Part shown: in pieces, positions 48,681 through 62,700 of the stretch | Numbering within the stretch: position 1 is the first letter of the stretch | How the letters are laid out: the number at the start of each line of letters is the position of its first letter | Assembly: GCA_965235115.1 (NCBI GenBank) | Contig: OZ249436.1 | Span: 42,844,001-42,908,000, forward strand | DNA: 64,000 bases | Direction: 5' to 3' | Source of the DNA: Laetmonice hystrix | Lineage: Eukaryota | The notes under the pieces: generated by a model | What the model was told of the DNA's origin: nothing | The model's input: only the letters and a program-made list of their open reading frames with translations | The model's database searches: none | Translations under genes and position numbers: made by a program

Positions 48681-49376
48681 GCAGGTCCTGGCCAGGGGTA
48701 GGGATGAGGTAGGGGGGAGGGTTAAGGCGAGCACTGTTCCGGGGTAGGGGTAAGGTAGGGAGGGGAAGGGTTAGGGCAGGCCCTGTTCCGGGGAAGGGAT
48801 GAGGTAGGGAGGGGGAGGGTTAAGGCAGGTCCTGTTCCGGGGTAAGGATGAGGTAGGGAGGGCAAGGGTTAAGGCAGGTCATGTTCCGGGGTAGGGATGA
48901 GGTAGGGAGGGCAAGGGTTAAGGCAGGTCATGTTCCGGGGTAGGGATGAGGTAGGGGGGAGGGTTAAGGCGAGCACTGTTCCGGGGTAGGGATGAGGTAG
49001 GGAGGGCAAGGGTTAAGGCAGGTCATGTTCCGGGGTAGGGATGAGGTAGGGAGGGCAAGGGTTAAGGCAGGTCATGTTCCGGGGTAGGGATGAGGTAGGG
49101 AGGGGAAGGGTTAAGGCAGGTCCTGGCCAGGGGTAGGGATGAGGCAGGGAGGGCAAGGGTTAAGGCAGGTCCTGGCCAGGGTAGGGATGAGGTAGGGAGG
49201 GCAAGGGTTAAGGCAGGTCCTGGCCAGGGGTAGGGATGAGGCAGGGAGGGCAAGGGTTAAGGCAGGTCCTGGCCAGGGGTGGGGATGAGGTAGGGAGGGC
49301 AAGGGTTAAGGCAGGTCCTGGCCAGGGGTAGGGATCAGGTAGGGAGGAGAAGGGTTAAGGCAGGTCGTCGCCAGGG
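48681..49376 (+). repeat. 49-bp G-rich minisatellite, about 14 copies, abutting the previous array
   Basis: Unit GGCAGGTCCTGGCCAGGGGTAGGGATGAGGTAGGGAGGGCAAGGGTTAA. Confidence 0.95.
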
Positions 49377-50025
49377 TGAGGCACTGTTTGTCAGGACATC
49401 ACGTGACCAGATTCCTCACGAGCTGACCTGTCTGTGTCCAGCTGATCATTTCAAGGTCAAAGTTGCGGATTAAACGCTGGAGATCAGACATATACTCGAC
49501 CTTTGTGTGGGTGTGGGCGGACTGGAGGATCACGACTTCTAGGAGGATGGTCTATTAATAGATCATATTTCCGTCTCTGTGTAGAACATCTCAGATTGTG
49601 GAGATTATTTTAGATACTCGCCCACTTCTCTCACCAACATAGCTGACATGTTGGATGTTTTTTTAATCATTGTAATCATGATTTAGATTTTTACGTTCTG
49701 ATATATCTGTGTAGCACGGCAGTGAGTTATTATATTGTTACAGAATGCCAAGCGTGCTGAGACATACCTCAGATAGCACGTTTTCCTGGCGGATTGACTT
49801 AAATTTCAGACATCACGCCCATGTAAGTTACGGGAGAGATGATAGCAGCACTGACATTCAAACCTTTCCCAGCGGGATAATTATATTCCATCCTGAGGGC
49901 GGTGAGCATGTGTATAACATTGACAGAAATAATTCTACTGCTTGGGTTACACAGCCGGCGGCTGACGGAGGGGGTGGGGGTGGGGGGTGGGGGGGGGGTA
50001 CGGAGGTATTGGCCGTGCCCCCCCC

Positions 50026-50034
50026 CTCTCTCTC

Positions 50035-50068
<34 letters not shown>

Positions 50069-50131
50069 CCTCCCTCCCTCGCTCCCCCTCTCTCTCCCTC
50101 TCTCTCTGTCTCCCTCGCTCTCTTTCCCTCG

Positions 50132-50190
<59 letters not shown>
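50026..50190. repeat. (CT)n microsatellite
   Basis: Polypyrimidine tract. Confidence 0.95.
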
Positions 50191-50192
<2 letters not shown>

Positions 50193-50940
50193 TAATTTCT
50201 GGGTCACAGAGACGCGCTGAGTGAGGACACCTGCTAATCACGCGACTAGTGTACATCGGTCTGGGGTATCGGTATGCAGCATGGACAGAAAGAGCTGAGG
50301 TCGTGACATTTGAACAGAATGCCATGACTTCGCCTTCCAGCTACCTTAATCGATCCAATAAGCGATCCAACTGGTTGTTGGGAATACAACATGGAGTCCG
50401 GAGCATACACAGACGGATAATCTAGTCGGGGACAGCTAGTCGTATGCCCGACTGTATGAATTCATCAACTGCCCTATTTGGTCGTAAATATTGGGCTTTG
50501 GCTGAGATAAAGAATTTCCATAGAAGTGTGCGACTGGTGTGTGGGTGGTTCTCTCGGCGCCATATATTCAGACCCTGCCATGACAACCCTAGCGTAGGGC
50601 TCATGGGTTGACCTTTGTGGGAGAGTTCTCCGGGAGTCTGAGAGGGACAGTTTGTTGTCCTGTTCATTGATTCCGGGAGATAATTTAGTGGTCTTCAGTC
50701 ACGTTACGTTTCACTGATTTAGAGACACGCCGGGACACTATAGGAGTTCTGTCAATGTATGATCACTATCTCAATGTATCATGTCCTAAGTTATGTGAAT
50801 CTTGTTCAGGTAGTAGTGGAAAGATCTAGCCCTGTAAACTTTCTGTGCTATTTTGGGTAAACCTGATTTTGAAATTTCATTGCATAATTAGTTTGAAGAT
50901 TTGTAAATAATTGCCCTTGACTTGACCTTGTATCATACTA

Positions 50941-51012
50941 CCGTATTGACGCACTTGTAGGCGCGTGCGCCTATAAGCGGATTTTTGCGTTTTTTTTGAG
51001 AAATTTCAAAAT
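50941..51012 (+). mobile_element. Terminal fragment of a TA-flanked element (TA|CCGTATTGACGC), repeated at 51668-51740 and, shorter, at 37825
   Basis: Direct repeat of about 70 bp: CCGTATTGACGCACTT.TAGGC.CGTGCG.CTATAAGCG..TTTTGCG. Each copy is preceded by TA. Confidence 0.55.
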
Positions 51013-51019
51013 CGCTCGC

Positions 51020-51154
51020 CCCTTGACCAACTGGGTCTGTCACGTCTGGGTTCGAATCCGCCTCGAGCCAGAACAACTTGCACTTCACGAAGAGTAGTGA
51101 AAGGTGACAAGTCCTTGCAGTGTTGACCAGTCAGTGTGTACACCTGTGGCGGTT
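51020..51154 (+). mobile_element. tRNA-derived SINE-like fragment
   Basis: Perfect Pol III B-box GGTTCGAATCC at 51049-51059. No complete cloverleaf or clear A-box. Confidence 0.45.
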
Positions 51155-51265
51155 ATTCCCCCATAGTAACTTCTCCACAATTCTATAGGGATAGGGATAG
51201 GATAGGGATATGTTTTTGGCAGGTGTAGGGGCCGGGGTTAGGGGTTAGGGATAAGGTCAGGGCCC
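51155..51265 (+). mobile_element. G-core TIR family element, copy E (left end and core only)
   Basis: ATTCCCCCATAGTAACTTCTCC mirrors the right end of copy B (GGAGTTGTTACTATGGGAT). It is followed by GGGATAGGGATAG..GGGGTTAGGGGTTAGGG. Confidence 0.55.
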
Positions 51266-52550
51266 CTGTGGCACACGCTCATCTAACATAACGTGCCGCA
51301 CCAGCCGAGTGCGTCACGACCACGACGACAAGTCGTAGACACGTACTTCGCTCTTTTTATCGTCATATTTTATTATGGTCGACTGCTGCAAACCCTCGGA
51401 TATGCAACTACTTAAACGTTTTCACCAAAGAATAGTGCCCTTATTCCAGATATCTATGGTCGGCCTACCAATTGGCATGAACGAACTGCCATGTGCTTCT
51501 CCCGCCCCAATATAGGCCTACATGTACTATGTCGACGGGTTTGTACTTGAGCACCATAAATGAAGGAGGGCTGCCTCAGGCGGGTAAATGCGGTTGTGTA
51601 AAAGAGCACACGATGCCCCGAAATGATCAGACATGTATGTTTATTTAGCACTATAAATATAGGTATACCGTATTGACGCACTTTTAGGCACGTGCGTCTA
51701 TAAGCGAATTTTGCGGGTGTTTTTTAGAAAATTTTAAAATGAAAAATCGTCACGTGTCAGGGGACCCTTACCAGTTGATGTTGATCCACACATGTAACAT
51801 CAGATGTATTTCTAAAAATAAAGTGTGATCCTACCCTGAACCATCTATTCAGAGTGAGGACACTGACATTTGAACGTATTCAGGCTGTTTGAGATGCTGA
51901 TCACGTTTTGATGTTTACACGTTAATCGGGGAAACAGTCGTGAATTGACCATTAGGAATCTAAATACATATTATATTATTTTTTCTTTTGTCGATGAAGT
52001 TGATAGTATACACCGGACGGTATGATTGGCTAAATACGTCATCACACGACAGTGTCGTCACAGTGACGTCACGCGCGTAGGAATATTGAAAGTATCGGCG
52101 CGCACTATTTAGGCGTCAGTTTTGCTGACAGATCATGTGTATTGGCTCTACTGTTGGCACGTACAATAAACACATCCCTGTCATCCCAGTTCTCTGCTGC
52201 CTTCTCAAGCCCTGACAATACTGTACATAATGTCAACGTGGCCAAAACGGGCGATTGTCCCGAGCTGCGACTACAAACCAGGGCCGTCGGAAATAACACA
52301 AGGCACAAGTTACAAAAAATGGCGCTTCGAGATTTGCATCCTGGTCAAAATGTGGGGGAGGAATGCCCCCCCCCCCCCAGTTCCGACGGTCCTTCAAACG
52401 GACATGTCCTCCCTGCCACCTCCCCATCCCTCCCCATCAGTGCCCCCCCCCCTCAGAGGTCAGCAGGTCACCAGCTGCAGTCTGCCCTTTGGAAGAAGAC
52501 CAGCTCAAGTCTGATCATAGTGTGTCATCTCATCACTATCAGGATGGGAA

Positions 52551-54822
52551 AACAACAGGACTGTGGACTGAACAGCAGTTGTCCCTAACCTTCGAACAAC
52601 AGGACTGTGGACTGAACAGCAGTTGTCCCTAACCTTCGAACAACAGGACAGTGGACTGAACAGCAGTTGTCCCTCACCTTCGAACAACAGGACTGTGGAC
52701 TGAACAGCAGTTGCCCCTCACCTTCGAACAACAGGACTGTGGACTGAACAGCAGTTGTCCCTCACCTTCGAACAACAGGACTGTGGACTGAACAGCAGTT
52801 GTCCCTCACCTTCGAACGCCAGGACTGTGGACTGAACAGCAGTTGTCCCTCACCTTCGAACGCCAAGACTGTGGATTGAACAGCAGTTGTCTCTCACCTT
52901 CGAACGCCAGGACTGTGGACTGAACAGCAGTTGTCCCTCACCTTCGAACAACAGGACTGTGGATTGAACAGCAGTTGTCCCTAACCTTCGAACAACAGGA
53001 CTGTGGACTGAACAGCAGTTGTCCCTCACCTTCGAACAACAGGACTGTGGACTGAACAGCAGTTGTCCCTCACCTTCGAACAACAGGACTGTGGATTGAA
53101 CAGCAGTTGTCCCTCACCTTCGAACAACAGGACTGTGGACTGAACAGCAGTTGTCCCTCACCTTCGAACAACAGGACTGTGGATTGAACAGCAGTTGTCC
53201 CTCACCTTCGAACAACAGGACTGTGGACTGAACAGCAGTTGTCCCTCACCTTCGAACAACAGGACTGTGGACTGAACAGCAGTTGTCCCTCACCTTCGAA
53301 CAACAGGACTGTGGATTGAACAGCAGTTGTCCCTCACCTTCGAACAACAGGACTGTGGACTGAACAGCAGTTGTCCCTCACCTTCGAACAACAGGACAGT
53401 GGACTGAACAGCAGTTGTCCCTCACCTTCGAACAACAGGACAGTGGAATTCGAACGCCAGGACTGTGGACTGAACAGCAGTTGTCCCTAACCTTCGAACG
53501 CCAGGACTGTGGATTGAACAGCAGTTGTCCCTAACCTTCGAACAACAGGACAGTGGACTGAACAGCAGTTGTCCCTCACCTTCGAACAACAGGACAGTGG
53601 AATTCGAACGCCAGGACTGTGGACTGAACAGCAGTTGTCCCTAACCTTCGAACGCCAGGACTGTGGATTGAACAGCAGTTGTCCCTCACCTTCGAACAAC
53701 AGGACTGTGGACTGAACAGCAGTTGTCCCTCACCTTCGAACAACAGGACTGTGGATTGAACAGCAGTTGTCCCTCACCTTCGAACAACAGGACTGTGGAC
53801 TGAACAGCAGTTGTCCCTCACCTTCGAACAACAGGACTGTGGACTGAACAGCAGTTGTCCCTCACCTTCGAACAACAGGACTGTGGATTGAACAGCAGTT
53901 GTCCCTCACCTTCGAACAACAGGACTGTGGACTGAACAGCAGTTGTCCCTCACCTTCGAACAACAGGACAGTGGACTGAACAGCAGTTGTCCCTCACCTT
54001 CGAACAACAGGACAGTGGAATTCGAACGCCAGGACTGTGGACTGAACAGCAGTTGTCCCTAACCTTCGAACGCCAGGACTGTGGATTGAACAGCAGTTGT
54101 CCCTAACCTTCGAACAACAGGACTGTGGACTGAACAGCAGTTGTCCCTCACCTTCGAACAACAGGACTGTGGACTGAACAGCAGTTGTCCCTAACCTTCG
54201 AACAACAGGACTGTGGACTGAACAGCAGTTGTCCCTAACCTTCGAAGAACAGGACTGTGGACTGAACAGCAGTTGTCCCTCACCTTCGAACAACAGGACT
54301 GTGGGCTGAACAGCAGTTGTCCCTCACCTTCGAACAACAGGACAGTGGACTGAACAGCAGTTGTTCCTCACCTTCGAACAACAGGACAGTGGACGGAACA
54401 GCAGCTGTCCCTAACCTTCGAACAACAGGACAGTGGACTGAACAGCAGTTGTCCCTAACCTTCGAACAACAGGACTGTGGACTGAACAGCAGTTGTCCCT
54501 AACCTTCGAACAACAGGACTGTGGACTGAACAGCAGTTGTCCCTAACCTTCGAACAACAGGACTGTGGACTGAACAGCAGTTGTCCCTCACCTTCGAACA
54601 ACAGGACTGTGGACTGAACAGCAGTTGTCCCTCACCTTCGAACAACAGGACAGTGGACTGAACAGCAGTTGTCCCTAACCTTCGAACAACAGGACAGTGG
54701 ACTGAACAGCAGTTGTCCCTAACCTTCGAACAACAGGACAGTGGACTGAACAGCAGTTGTCCCTCACCTTCGAACAACAGGACTGTGGACTGAACAGCAG
54801 TTGTCCCTAACCTTCGAACGCC
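52551..54822. repeat. 44-bp minisatellite, about 52 copies
   Basis: Unit CTTCGAACAACAGGACTGTGGACTGAACAGCAGTTGTCCCTCAC. Confidence 0.97.
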
Positions 54823-55558
54823 ACCTTTTCTGTTCATATGTGCCGACACTAAAAACGCCTAGCTCCAATACAATCTGTTGGTTAATAATAGGTAGACGTT
54901 TTGTCACGTAAAAACTCCTGATTCTTCTGCTAACATACGAATAGGTTTATGTTACAGAAGAAAGAACATCAACACTTAACTAAAGCCTTTAATCCTGTTG
55001 TCTGGAGTTAATTTCTGTGCGGAGCGTGCAGTGAGTATCGTTAACGTCAGCCCGTCAGACGAGATCAGAGAAATGAGCAGTAGGATGCGAGGTTATGGTC
55101 TCATTGTTCAGTGCAGACAGGCAGCTGGTCATTAAGTCGCCATGCCGTCACTTTGAAGATCCGTCAATTGTTTTATTGATGCCAAAAGGTGAATGTTTCT
55201 ATGGAAGGCCTGCTGCCAGGTATTTCTTGGCGTAACTATGGTTACAATGAACGGCAGAGCGTTGTTCGTGGTGCTGTTCCTGTGTGACGTCACCATCATG
55301 TCAGGTGGTCCAGCAGCCCAATAAATAAGTTTTTTGGGGATATTTTTTGAGGTGTTACACTCAGCAGCGTCCTCGTCTTCAGTCGGATATTTCGCACGGA
55401 AACATTTCAGTGAGAGAGCATGACGAGGTCATGTAATGTGACCACCCACTCAGCTGTCAATGTGTGTGTAGGCGGCGGTAGCTGTCAATGTGTGTGTAGG
55501 CGGCGGTAGCTGTCAATGTGTGTGTAGGCGGCGGTTAGCTTACCAGTCGGGTATTAAC

Positions 55559-55617
55559 GGCCAATCAGATGTTTGAGCTCACCAGGCCCTGACGTCACAA
55601 ACAAACAGCCAATCAGA
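55559..55617 (+). promoter_or_regulatory. CCAAT-CRE-CCAAT motif module
   Basis: GCCAATCAGA at 55560 and 55608 flanks TGACGTCA at 55590. Motif match only. Confidence 0.35.
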
Positions 55618-56449
55618 CGAGTGGAAGCATCAAGCCACAGCCATGACCGCTTGAAAAAGAAAGAAAGAAATCACCTGAGGACGAATCAGTCTCATCCAGG
55701 GCATAGAATAATGATAGTGGCTTGTTTTCAGACATAGTAAGCTTGGTAACGTTTCGATCCGTCTTTGATTGTGTCCGTGCCGTGACGACGTGTAGGGATA
55801 GACCACAGGCCCCGTTCCAGCTTACGATCTGGAGTGACTGTCCTGTAAGAACAGCTTGTTTCCCTCCAGTCGAGAACACGCCCTAAGCCGGGAGAAATCC
55901 ACATGACCTTATTCCGAGCTGGATCAATAACTAAGGACACCCTGGCCCAGTTGGATCCACACTCCCGCCATGAACTGCGGCCTGGTGTTAGGTTCTGTCG
56001 AAGACTTGACAAATAGGCTGGCAATGGGCTGGCAATGGCTGGCAATGGTTGTTAGCGCTGGCAGGACGGCCCGCTAAGCCCTGTGGCGGGCTCGGACCTG
56101 AAGGAAAATCCGAAAGGCGACACGACTCAAGAAAAGGCCTCATACGGTGCCATTCAGCAGTCCGAGGGAGCAACTCACCGGTCTAGACGGCCTGTTTCTA
56201 TACGAACTATGGTCATGTTTTGTATAGTCGCTGTTACATTAATTTCTGTGACCGTCTCTGGTCAGCTGCTGAGTTGCCATGTGGTCAGTCATCCAGACTG
56301 ACCGATAGCCGAGAGTGACCAGTTCTCATCAGTCAAAGCCCAGGACCACTATCGGTATGTCCATAATCAGCAGTGATGACCGGTGAACCGGAAGTGATCA
56401 AAGAGGTTCTCCCTGGCCACGCCCACCATGGACAATCAATGACGGACAA

Positions 56450-57640
56450 ACAACACACCCTGCATACACACACAACACACCCAGTACACGCACACAACAC
56501 AACCAATACACGCATACACCCTGCGTACACACACAACACACCCAGTACACGCACACACCCTGCATACACACACAACACACCCAGTACACGCACACACCCT
56601 GCATACACACACAACACAACCAGTACACGCATACACCCTGCGTACACACACAACACACCCAGTACACGCACACAACACACCCAGTACACGCACACAACAC
56701 AACCAGTACACGCATACACCCTGCATGCACACACAATACACCCAGTACACGCATACACCCTGCATACACACACAACACACACAGTACACGCACACAACAC
56801 AACCAGTACACGCATACACCCTGCGTACACACACAACACACCCAGTACACGCACACAACACAACCAGTACACGCACACAACACACCCAGTACACGCACAC
56901 AACACAACCAGTACACGCATACACCCTGCGTACACACACAACACACCCAGTACACGCACACAACACAACCAGTACACCCAAACACCCTGCGTACACACAC
57001 AACACACCCAGTACACGCACACACCCTGCATACACACCCAACACACCCAGTACACGCATACACCCTGCGTACACACACAACACACCCAGTACACACCCAA
57101 ACACCCTGCGTACACACACAACACATCCAGTACACGCACACACCCTGCGTACACACACAACACACCCAGTACACGCATACACCCTGCATACACACACAAC
57201 ACACCCAGTACACGCACACACCCTGCATACACACACAACACACCCAGTACACGCACACACCCTGCATACACACACAACACAACCAGTACACGCACACAAC
57301 ACACCCAGTACACGCATACACCCTGCATACACACAACACACCCAGTACACGCATACACCCTGCATACACACACACAACACACCCAGCACACGCATACACC
57401 CTGCATACACACCCAACACACCCAGTACACACCCAAACACCCTGCACACACACAACACACCAAGTACACACCCAACACCCTGCGTACACACACTACACGC
57501 CCAGTACACGCATACACCCTGCATACACACACTACACACCCAGTACACACCCAAACACCCTGCATACACACCCAACACACCCATTACACACCCAAACACC
57601 CTGCGTACACACACAGTACACACCCAGTACGCACAGTACA
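56450..57640. repeat. Complex CA-rich minisatellite
   Basis: Modules CACACCCAGTACACG, CACCCTGCRTACACAC and ACAACAC in varying order. Confidence 0.95.
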
Positions 57641-59783
57641 CTAGCTCACACAAACCCTGTATAGATCCTCTACGCACTGCGACCCGGGCCAGGCACCTGA
57701 TTGCCTCAAACACTGAGAATTGTATGCCCCCACAGACTGGTACTGACGACTGAAAGACGACGAGTTGAAAGAGTGGACTCAAGGACGTGAGATTCCCGGA
57801 TTGTCGGGTCATCAGAATAAAGTTTATTTTGTATGAGATTCCGGGTCATGCAGGGTCTCCGTGGAAAAGGCTCAAATTTGCACAAATAAATTGGCCTGGA
57901 ATTGACAGGAAAATGGCTAAATTGGCTCAAAACGCCCCAAATTACGGGCACGAACTGATTGCCCCTTCCTGCTCAGCCAGCTGATGGTGTACACATAACG
58001 ACACCAGGGCCGTGCCAGGGCTGTTCCCTGTCCAAATATCCCAGGGGGCAGTGTCCCCTGAACAATAACCAGATAGGCCTACCGCGCCAGTCGAGCGTAG
58101 GGAGCTGTGAGGCACCGGTCTCCACGTTCGGTCGTAGTCTGGAAACAGAAGCTGTTGAAAACCTGACAGTACGAAGAGTTCGGCTCGGTTGGTGTGTCCA
58201 CTTGGGGGGGGGGTGAGGGTGTGGCGATAGGTGGACACAACTCTTCTAAAGGGATCTAGCAATACAACCCGTACCCCGTCAGTGGGCTCAATCTGCGGCA
58301 AAGTTCCAAATCAGTTGTCTCTCAATGGGTTACCGTGTGTTCTCCAGAGGCCAGATCTTCGAACGGTAGGACTTGGACCAAGTGTCAAGGATCAGTTCCC
58401 CTTTTTAGGTACTCTCAATTTTTAGTTACTCTCAGCTCGATACAAGTGATAATAAAAAGTGTCCTGAGACACTCTAGTCCCAGAACCTGATTCCTCCGTG
58501 GTCATCTCAGGTGCCATCGGTCGCTGGAATAACTCACAATACACTGAATATTTATAGGTATCGTATCGCGGTACGAGTGTATCGTTTCACCCCTACTAAA
58601 TCCCATAATAGAAAGGATCACCTAACTTTTTCACAAAACGCCATATTCTTTAATCGGCATAAGACAATGCCTTTAGAAGGTCTTCCTATAGCTTGCTCCA
58701 GCTGAACACCTCAGACGCGCGCTGGTTACGGTAAAACTGCACTTCACGTCGAAGGTCAATAGAAAACAACCACTCGTGCCATTCTATTGCCCAATAGGCC
58801 CTAGATATCTTAACTTTATAGCATTCTTAAATGTACACGTCATGTGTTCAAAATACATGATCATAGTAACAAATGCAGCTCAGTGTGCCGGGTTGGATCA
58901 ACAAATTTTGGACGGGGGGGGGGCATTGCCTTTTTCTACCTCTAATAACCTCTAAATATATCAATAAAAGATTATTTTAGGTCATATTGCAGAAATAAGG
59001 GTGGTCGCCCCGTGCATCCTCCTAAACCCGCCGCTGGTATTTATACATTGGCCCTGACTGATTCTCATTTTCCCCGATTATCGCCCCCCCCCCCACACTC
59101 ATGTTATTGTCCATTTGGCTTTTACTCGCGTCTCTCCGCCATGTTGTTGAGGTCTCAGGTTACAAAATAAATCCATGTTTTGTTGAAGTCTCGCGGATCC
59201 ACGAAGGATCGTGTTGTATGGCGGTGGTGTTTGAGGAATGCCAGTGGGATCATAAAGGGACTTTTATTGAGAAGGAGAGATAATAATGCAGGATGAGGAT
59301 AGAGTTACAGGGACGCTTGCCACGGACGTATCCCAGTCCATGCGGGGAGACGGCTACCGAGTACGGCGATAACTGAATTAACCCACAGATAGAGCCAGTC
59401 CCTGACATAACCCAGCAAACATCTGTAATCTTTCTCTGTTGTTCATCATTGTCCAAAACGTTTTTATACAGAGTTACTGGAATCTGCCGTTCTCAACACG
59501 TTGAGCTGTAGGAACAAATATTATTAGGCAAAGAGGTTCTTTTTTGGTTGTTTCTTCCGTGAATAATACCAGAATGTGTGCTTACGTTCACAAGAAAATG
59601 TTAATCTCAGCCGACGCTGAGACTTTGAGTCGGTCCTATTTGAAGCGGATGTTCTGAAACCTGAGCCGGTGATAATGATGAAAAGATAACGTGAAGCCTG
59701 GAGCGATGAAAACTTTGTGTGAACCACCCGGGGAAAGCCTTTCGAAGCAATGTAATCTTGCTGAAGTCGAGTTTGGCAAGGCT

Positions 59784-62700
59784 ATTCCCTTGGGAAAAGT
59801 CTGGGCACAGTAAGGGGTAAGGGCAAGGCTAGAGGTAGGGATAATTTCCTGGGGACAAGTCTGGGCACTGAGGTTAGGTTTAGTGGTAATGGCAAGGCTA
59901 GGGATAGGGATACTTTCCTGGGGACAAGTCTGGGCACTGAGGTTAGGTTTAGTGGTAAGGGCAAGGCTAGGGATAGGGATACTTTCCTGGGGACAAGTCT
60001 GGGCACTGAGGTTATGTTTAGTAGTAAGGGCACGGCTAGGGATAGGGATGATTTCCTGGGGACAAGTCTGGGCACTGAGGTTAGGTTTAGTGGTAAATGG
60101 CAAGGCGAGGGATAGGGATACTTTCCTGGGGACAAGTCTGGGCACTGAGGTTAGGTTTAGTGGTAAGGGCAAGGCTAGAGATAGGGATAATTTCCTGGGG
60201 ACAGGTATAGGCACTGAGGTTAGGTTTAGTGGTAAGGGCAAGGCTAGGGATTGGGATACTTTCCTGGGGACAGGTATAGGCACTGAGGTTAGGTTTAGTG
60301 GTAAGGGCAAGGCTAGGGATTGGGATACTTTCCTGGGGACAGGTATAGGCACTGAGGTTAAGTTTAGTGGTAAGGGCAAGGCTAGGGATAGGAATACTTT
60401 CCTGGGGACAAGTCTGGTCACTGAGGTTAGGTTTAGTGGTAAGGGCAAGGCTAGAGATAGGGATAATTTCCTGGGGACAGGTATAGGCACTGAGGTTAGG
60501 TTTAGTGGTAAGGGCAAGGCTAGGGGTAGGGATACTTTCCTGGGGACAAGTCTGGGCACTGAGGTTAGGTTTAGTGGTAAGGGCAAGGCTAGGGGTAGGG
60601 ATACTTTCCTGGGGACAAGTCTGGGCACTGAGGTTAGGTTTAGTGGTAAGGGCAAGGCTAGGGGTAGGGATACTTTCCTGGGGACAGGTATAGGCACTGA
60701 GGTTAGGTTTAGTGGTAAGGGCAAGGCTAGGGATAGGGATACTTTCCTGGGGACAGGTCTGGGCACTGAGGTTAGGTTTAGTGGTAAGGGCAAGGCTAGG
60801 GATAGGGATACTTTCCTGGGGACAAGTCTGGGCACTGAGGTTAGGTTTAGTGGTAAGGGCAAGGCTAGGGATAGGGATACTTTCCTGGGGACAAGTCTGG
60901 GCACTGAGGTTAGGTTTAGTGGTACGGGCAAGGCTAGAGGTAGGGATAATTTTCTGGGGACAAGTCCGGGCACTGAGGTTAGGTTTAGTGGTAATGGCAA
61001 GGCTAGGGGTAGGGATACTTTCCTGGGGACAAGTCTGGGCACTGAGGTTAGGTTTAGTGGTACGGGCAAGGCTAGGGGTAGGGATACTTTCCTGGGGACA
61101 AGTCTGGCAGTGAGGTTAGGTTTAGTGGTAAGGGCAAGGCTAGGGATAGGGATAATTTCCTGGGGACAGGTATAGGCACTGAGGTTAGGTTTAGTGGTAA
61201 GGGCAAGGCTAGGGATAGGGATACTTTCCTGGGGACAGGTATAGGCACTGAGGTTAGGTTTAGTGGTAAGGGCAAGGCTAGGGATAGGGATACTTTCCTG
61301 GGAACAGGTATAGGCACTGAGGTTAGGTTTAGTGGTACGGGCAAGGCTAGGGATAGGGATACTTTCCTGGGGACAAGTCTGGGCACTGAGGTTAGGTTTA
61401 GTGGTAAGGGCAAGGCTAGAGATAGGGATAATTTCCTGGGGACAGGTATAGGCACTGAGGTTAGGTTTAGTGGTAAGGGCAAGGCTAGGGGTAGGGATAC
61501 TTTCCTGGGGACAAGTCTGGGCACTGAGGTTAGGTTTAGTGGTAAGGGCAAGGCTAGGGGTAGGGATACTTTCCTGGGGACAAGTCTGGGCACTGAGGTT
61601 AGGTTTAGTGGTAAGGGCAAGGCTAGGGGTAGGGATACTTTCCTGGGGACAGGTATAGGCACTGAGGTTAGGTTTAGTGGTAAGGGCAAGGCTAGGGATA
61701 GGGATACTCTCCTGGGGACAGGTCTGGGCACTGAGGTTAGGTTTAGTGGTAAGGGCAAGGCTAGGGGTAGGGATACTTTCCTGGGGACAAGTCTGGTCAC
61801 TGAGGTTAGGTTTAGTGGTAAGGGCAAGGCTAGAGATAGGGATAATTTCCTGGGGACAGGTATAGGCACTGAGGTTAGGTTTAGTGGTAAGGGCAAGGCT
61901 AGGGGTAGGGATACTTTCCTGGGGGACAAGTCTGGGCACTGAGGTTAGGTTTAGTGGTAAGGGCAAGGCTAGGGGTAGGGATACTTTCCTGGGGACAAGT
62001 CTGGGCACTGAGGTTAGGTTTAGTGGTAAGGGCAAGGCTAGAGATAGGGATAATTTCCTGGGGACAGGTATAGGCACTGAGGTTAGGTTTAGTGGTAAGG
62101 GCAAGGCTAGGGATAGGGATACTTTCCTGGGGACAGGTCTGGGCACTGAGGTTAGGTTTAGTGGTAAGGGCAAGGCTAGGGGTAGGGATACTTTCCTGGG
62201 GACAAGTCTGGTCACTGAGGTTAGGTTTAGTGGTAAGGGCAAGGCTAGAGATAGGGATAATTTCCTGGGGACAGGTATTGGCACTGAGGTTAGGTTTAGT
62301 GGTAAGGGCAAGGCTAGGGGTAGGGATACTTTCCTGGGGACAAGTCTGGGCACTGAGGTTAGGTTTAGTGGTAAGGGCAAGGCTAGGGGTAGGGATACTT
62401 TCCTGGGGACAAGTCTGGGCACTGAGGTTAGGTTTAGTGGTAAGGGCAAGGCTAGGGGTAGGGATACTTTTCTGGGGACAAGTCTGGGCACTGAGGTTAG
62501 GTTTAGTGGTAAGGGCAAGGCTAGAGATAGGGATAATTTCCTGGGGACAGGTATAGGCACTGAGGTTAGGTTTAGTGGTAAGGGCAAGGCTAGGGATAGG
62601 GATACTTTCCTGGGGACAGGTCTGGGCACTGAGGTTAGGTTTAGTGGTAAGGGCAAGGCTAGGGCTAGGGATACTTTCCTGGGGACAAGTCTGGGCACTG

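Noticed and set aside
51020..51075. tRNA gene
   Set aside because: Only the T-loop/B-box is present; no acceptor stem, D-arm or anticodon arm could be built.
51230..51255. Telomere-like GGTTAGGG words (also in the 3.7-kb and 59.8-kb arrays)
   Set aside because: There is no run of perfect (TTAGGG)n or (TTAGG)n. The words are part of the G-core element family.
52551..54822. CRISPR-like appearance of 25-44-bp repeats here and elsewhere
   Set aside because: Units are head-to-tail with no unique spacers, there are no cas genes, and the context is eukaryotic.
56333..57812. Cys/Val-rich and His/Thr-rich ORFs of 340-460 aa
   Set aside because: Translation of a CA/TG-rich repeat; open in nearly all frames.
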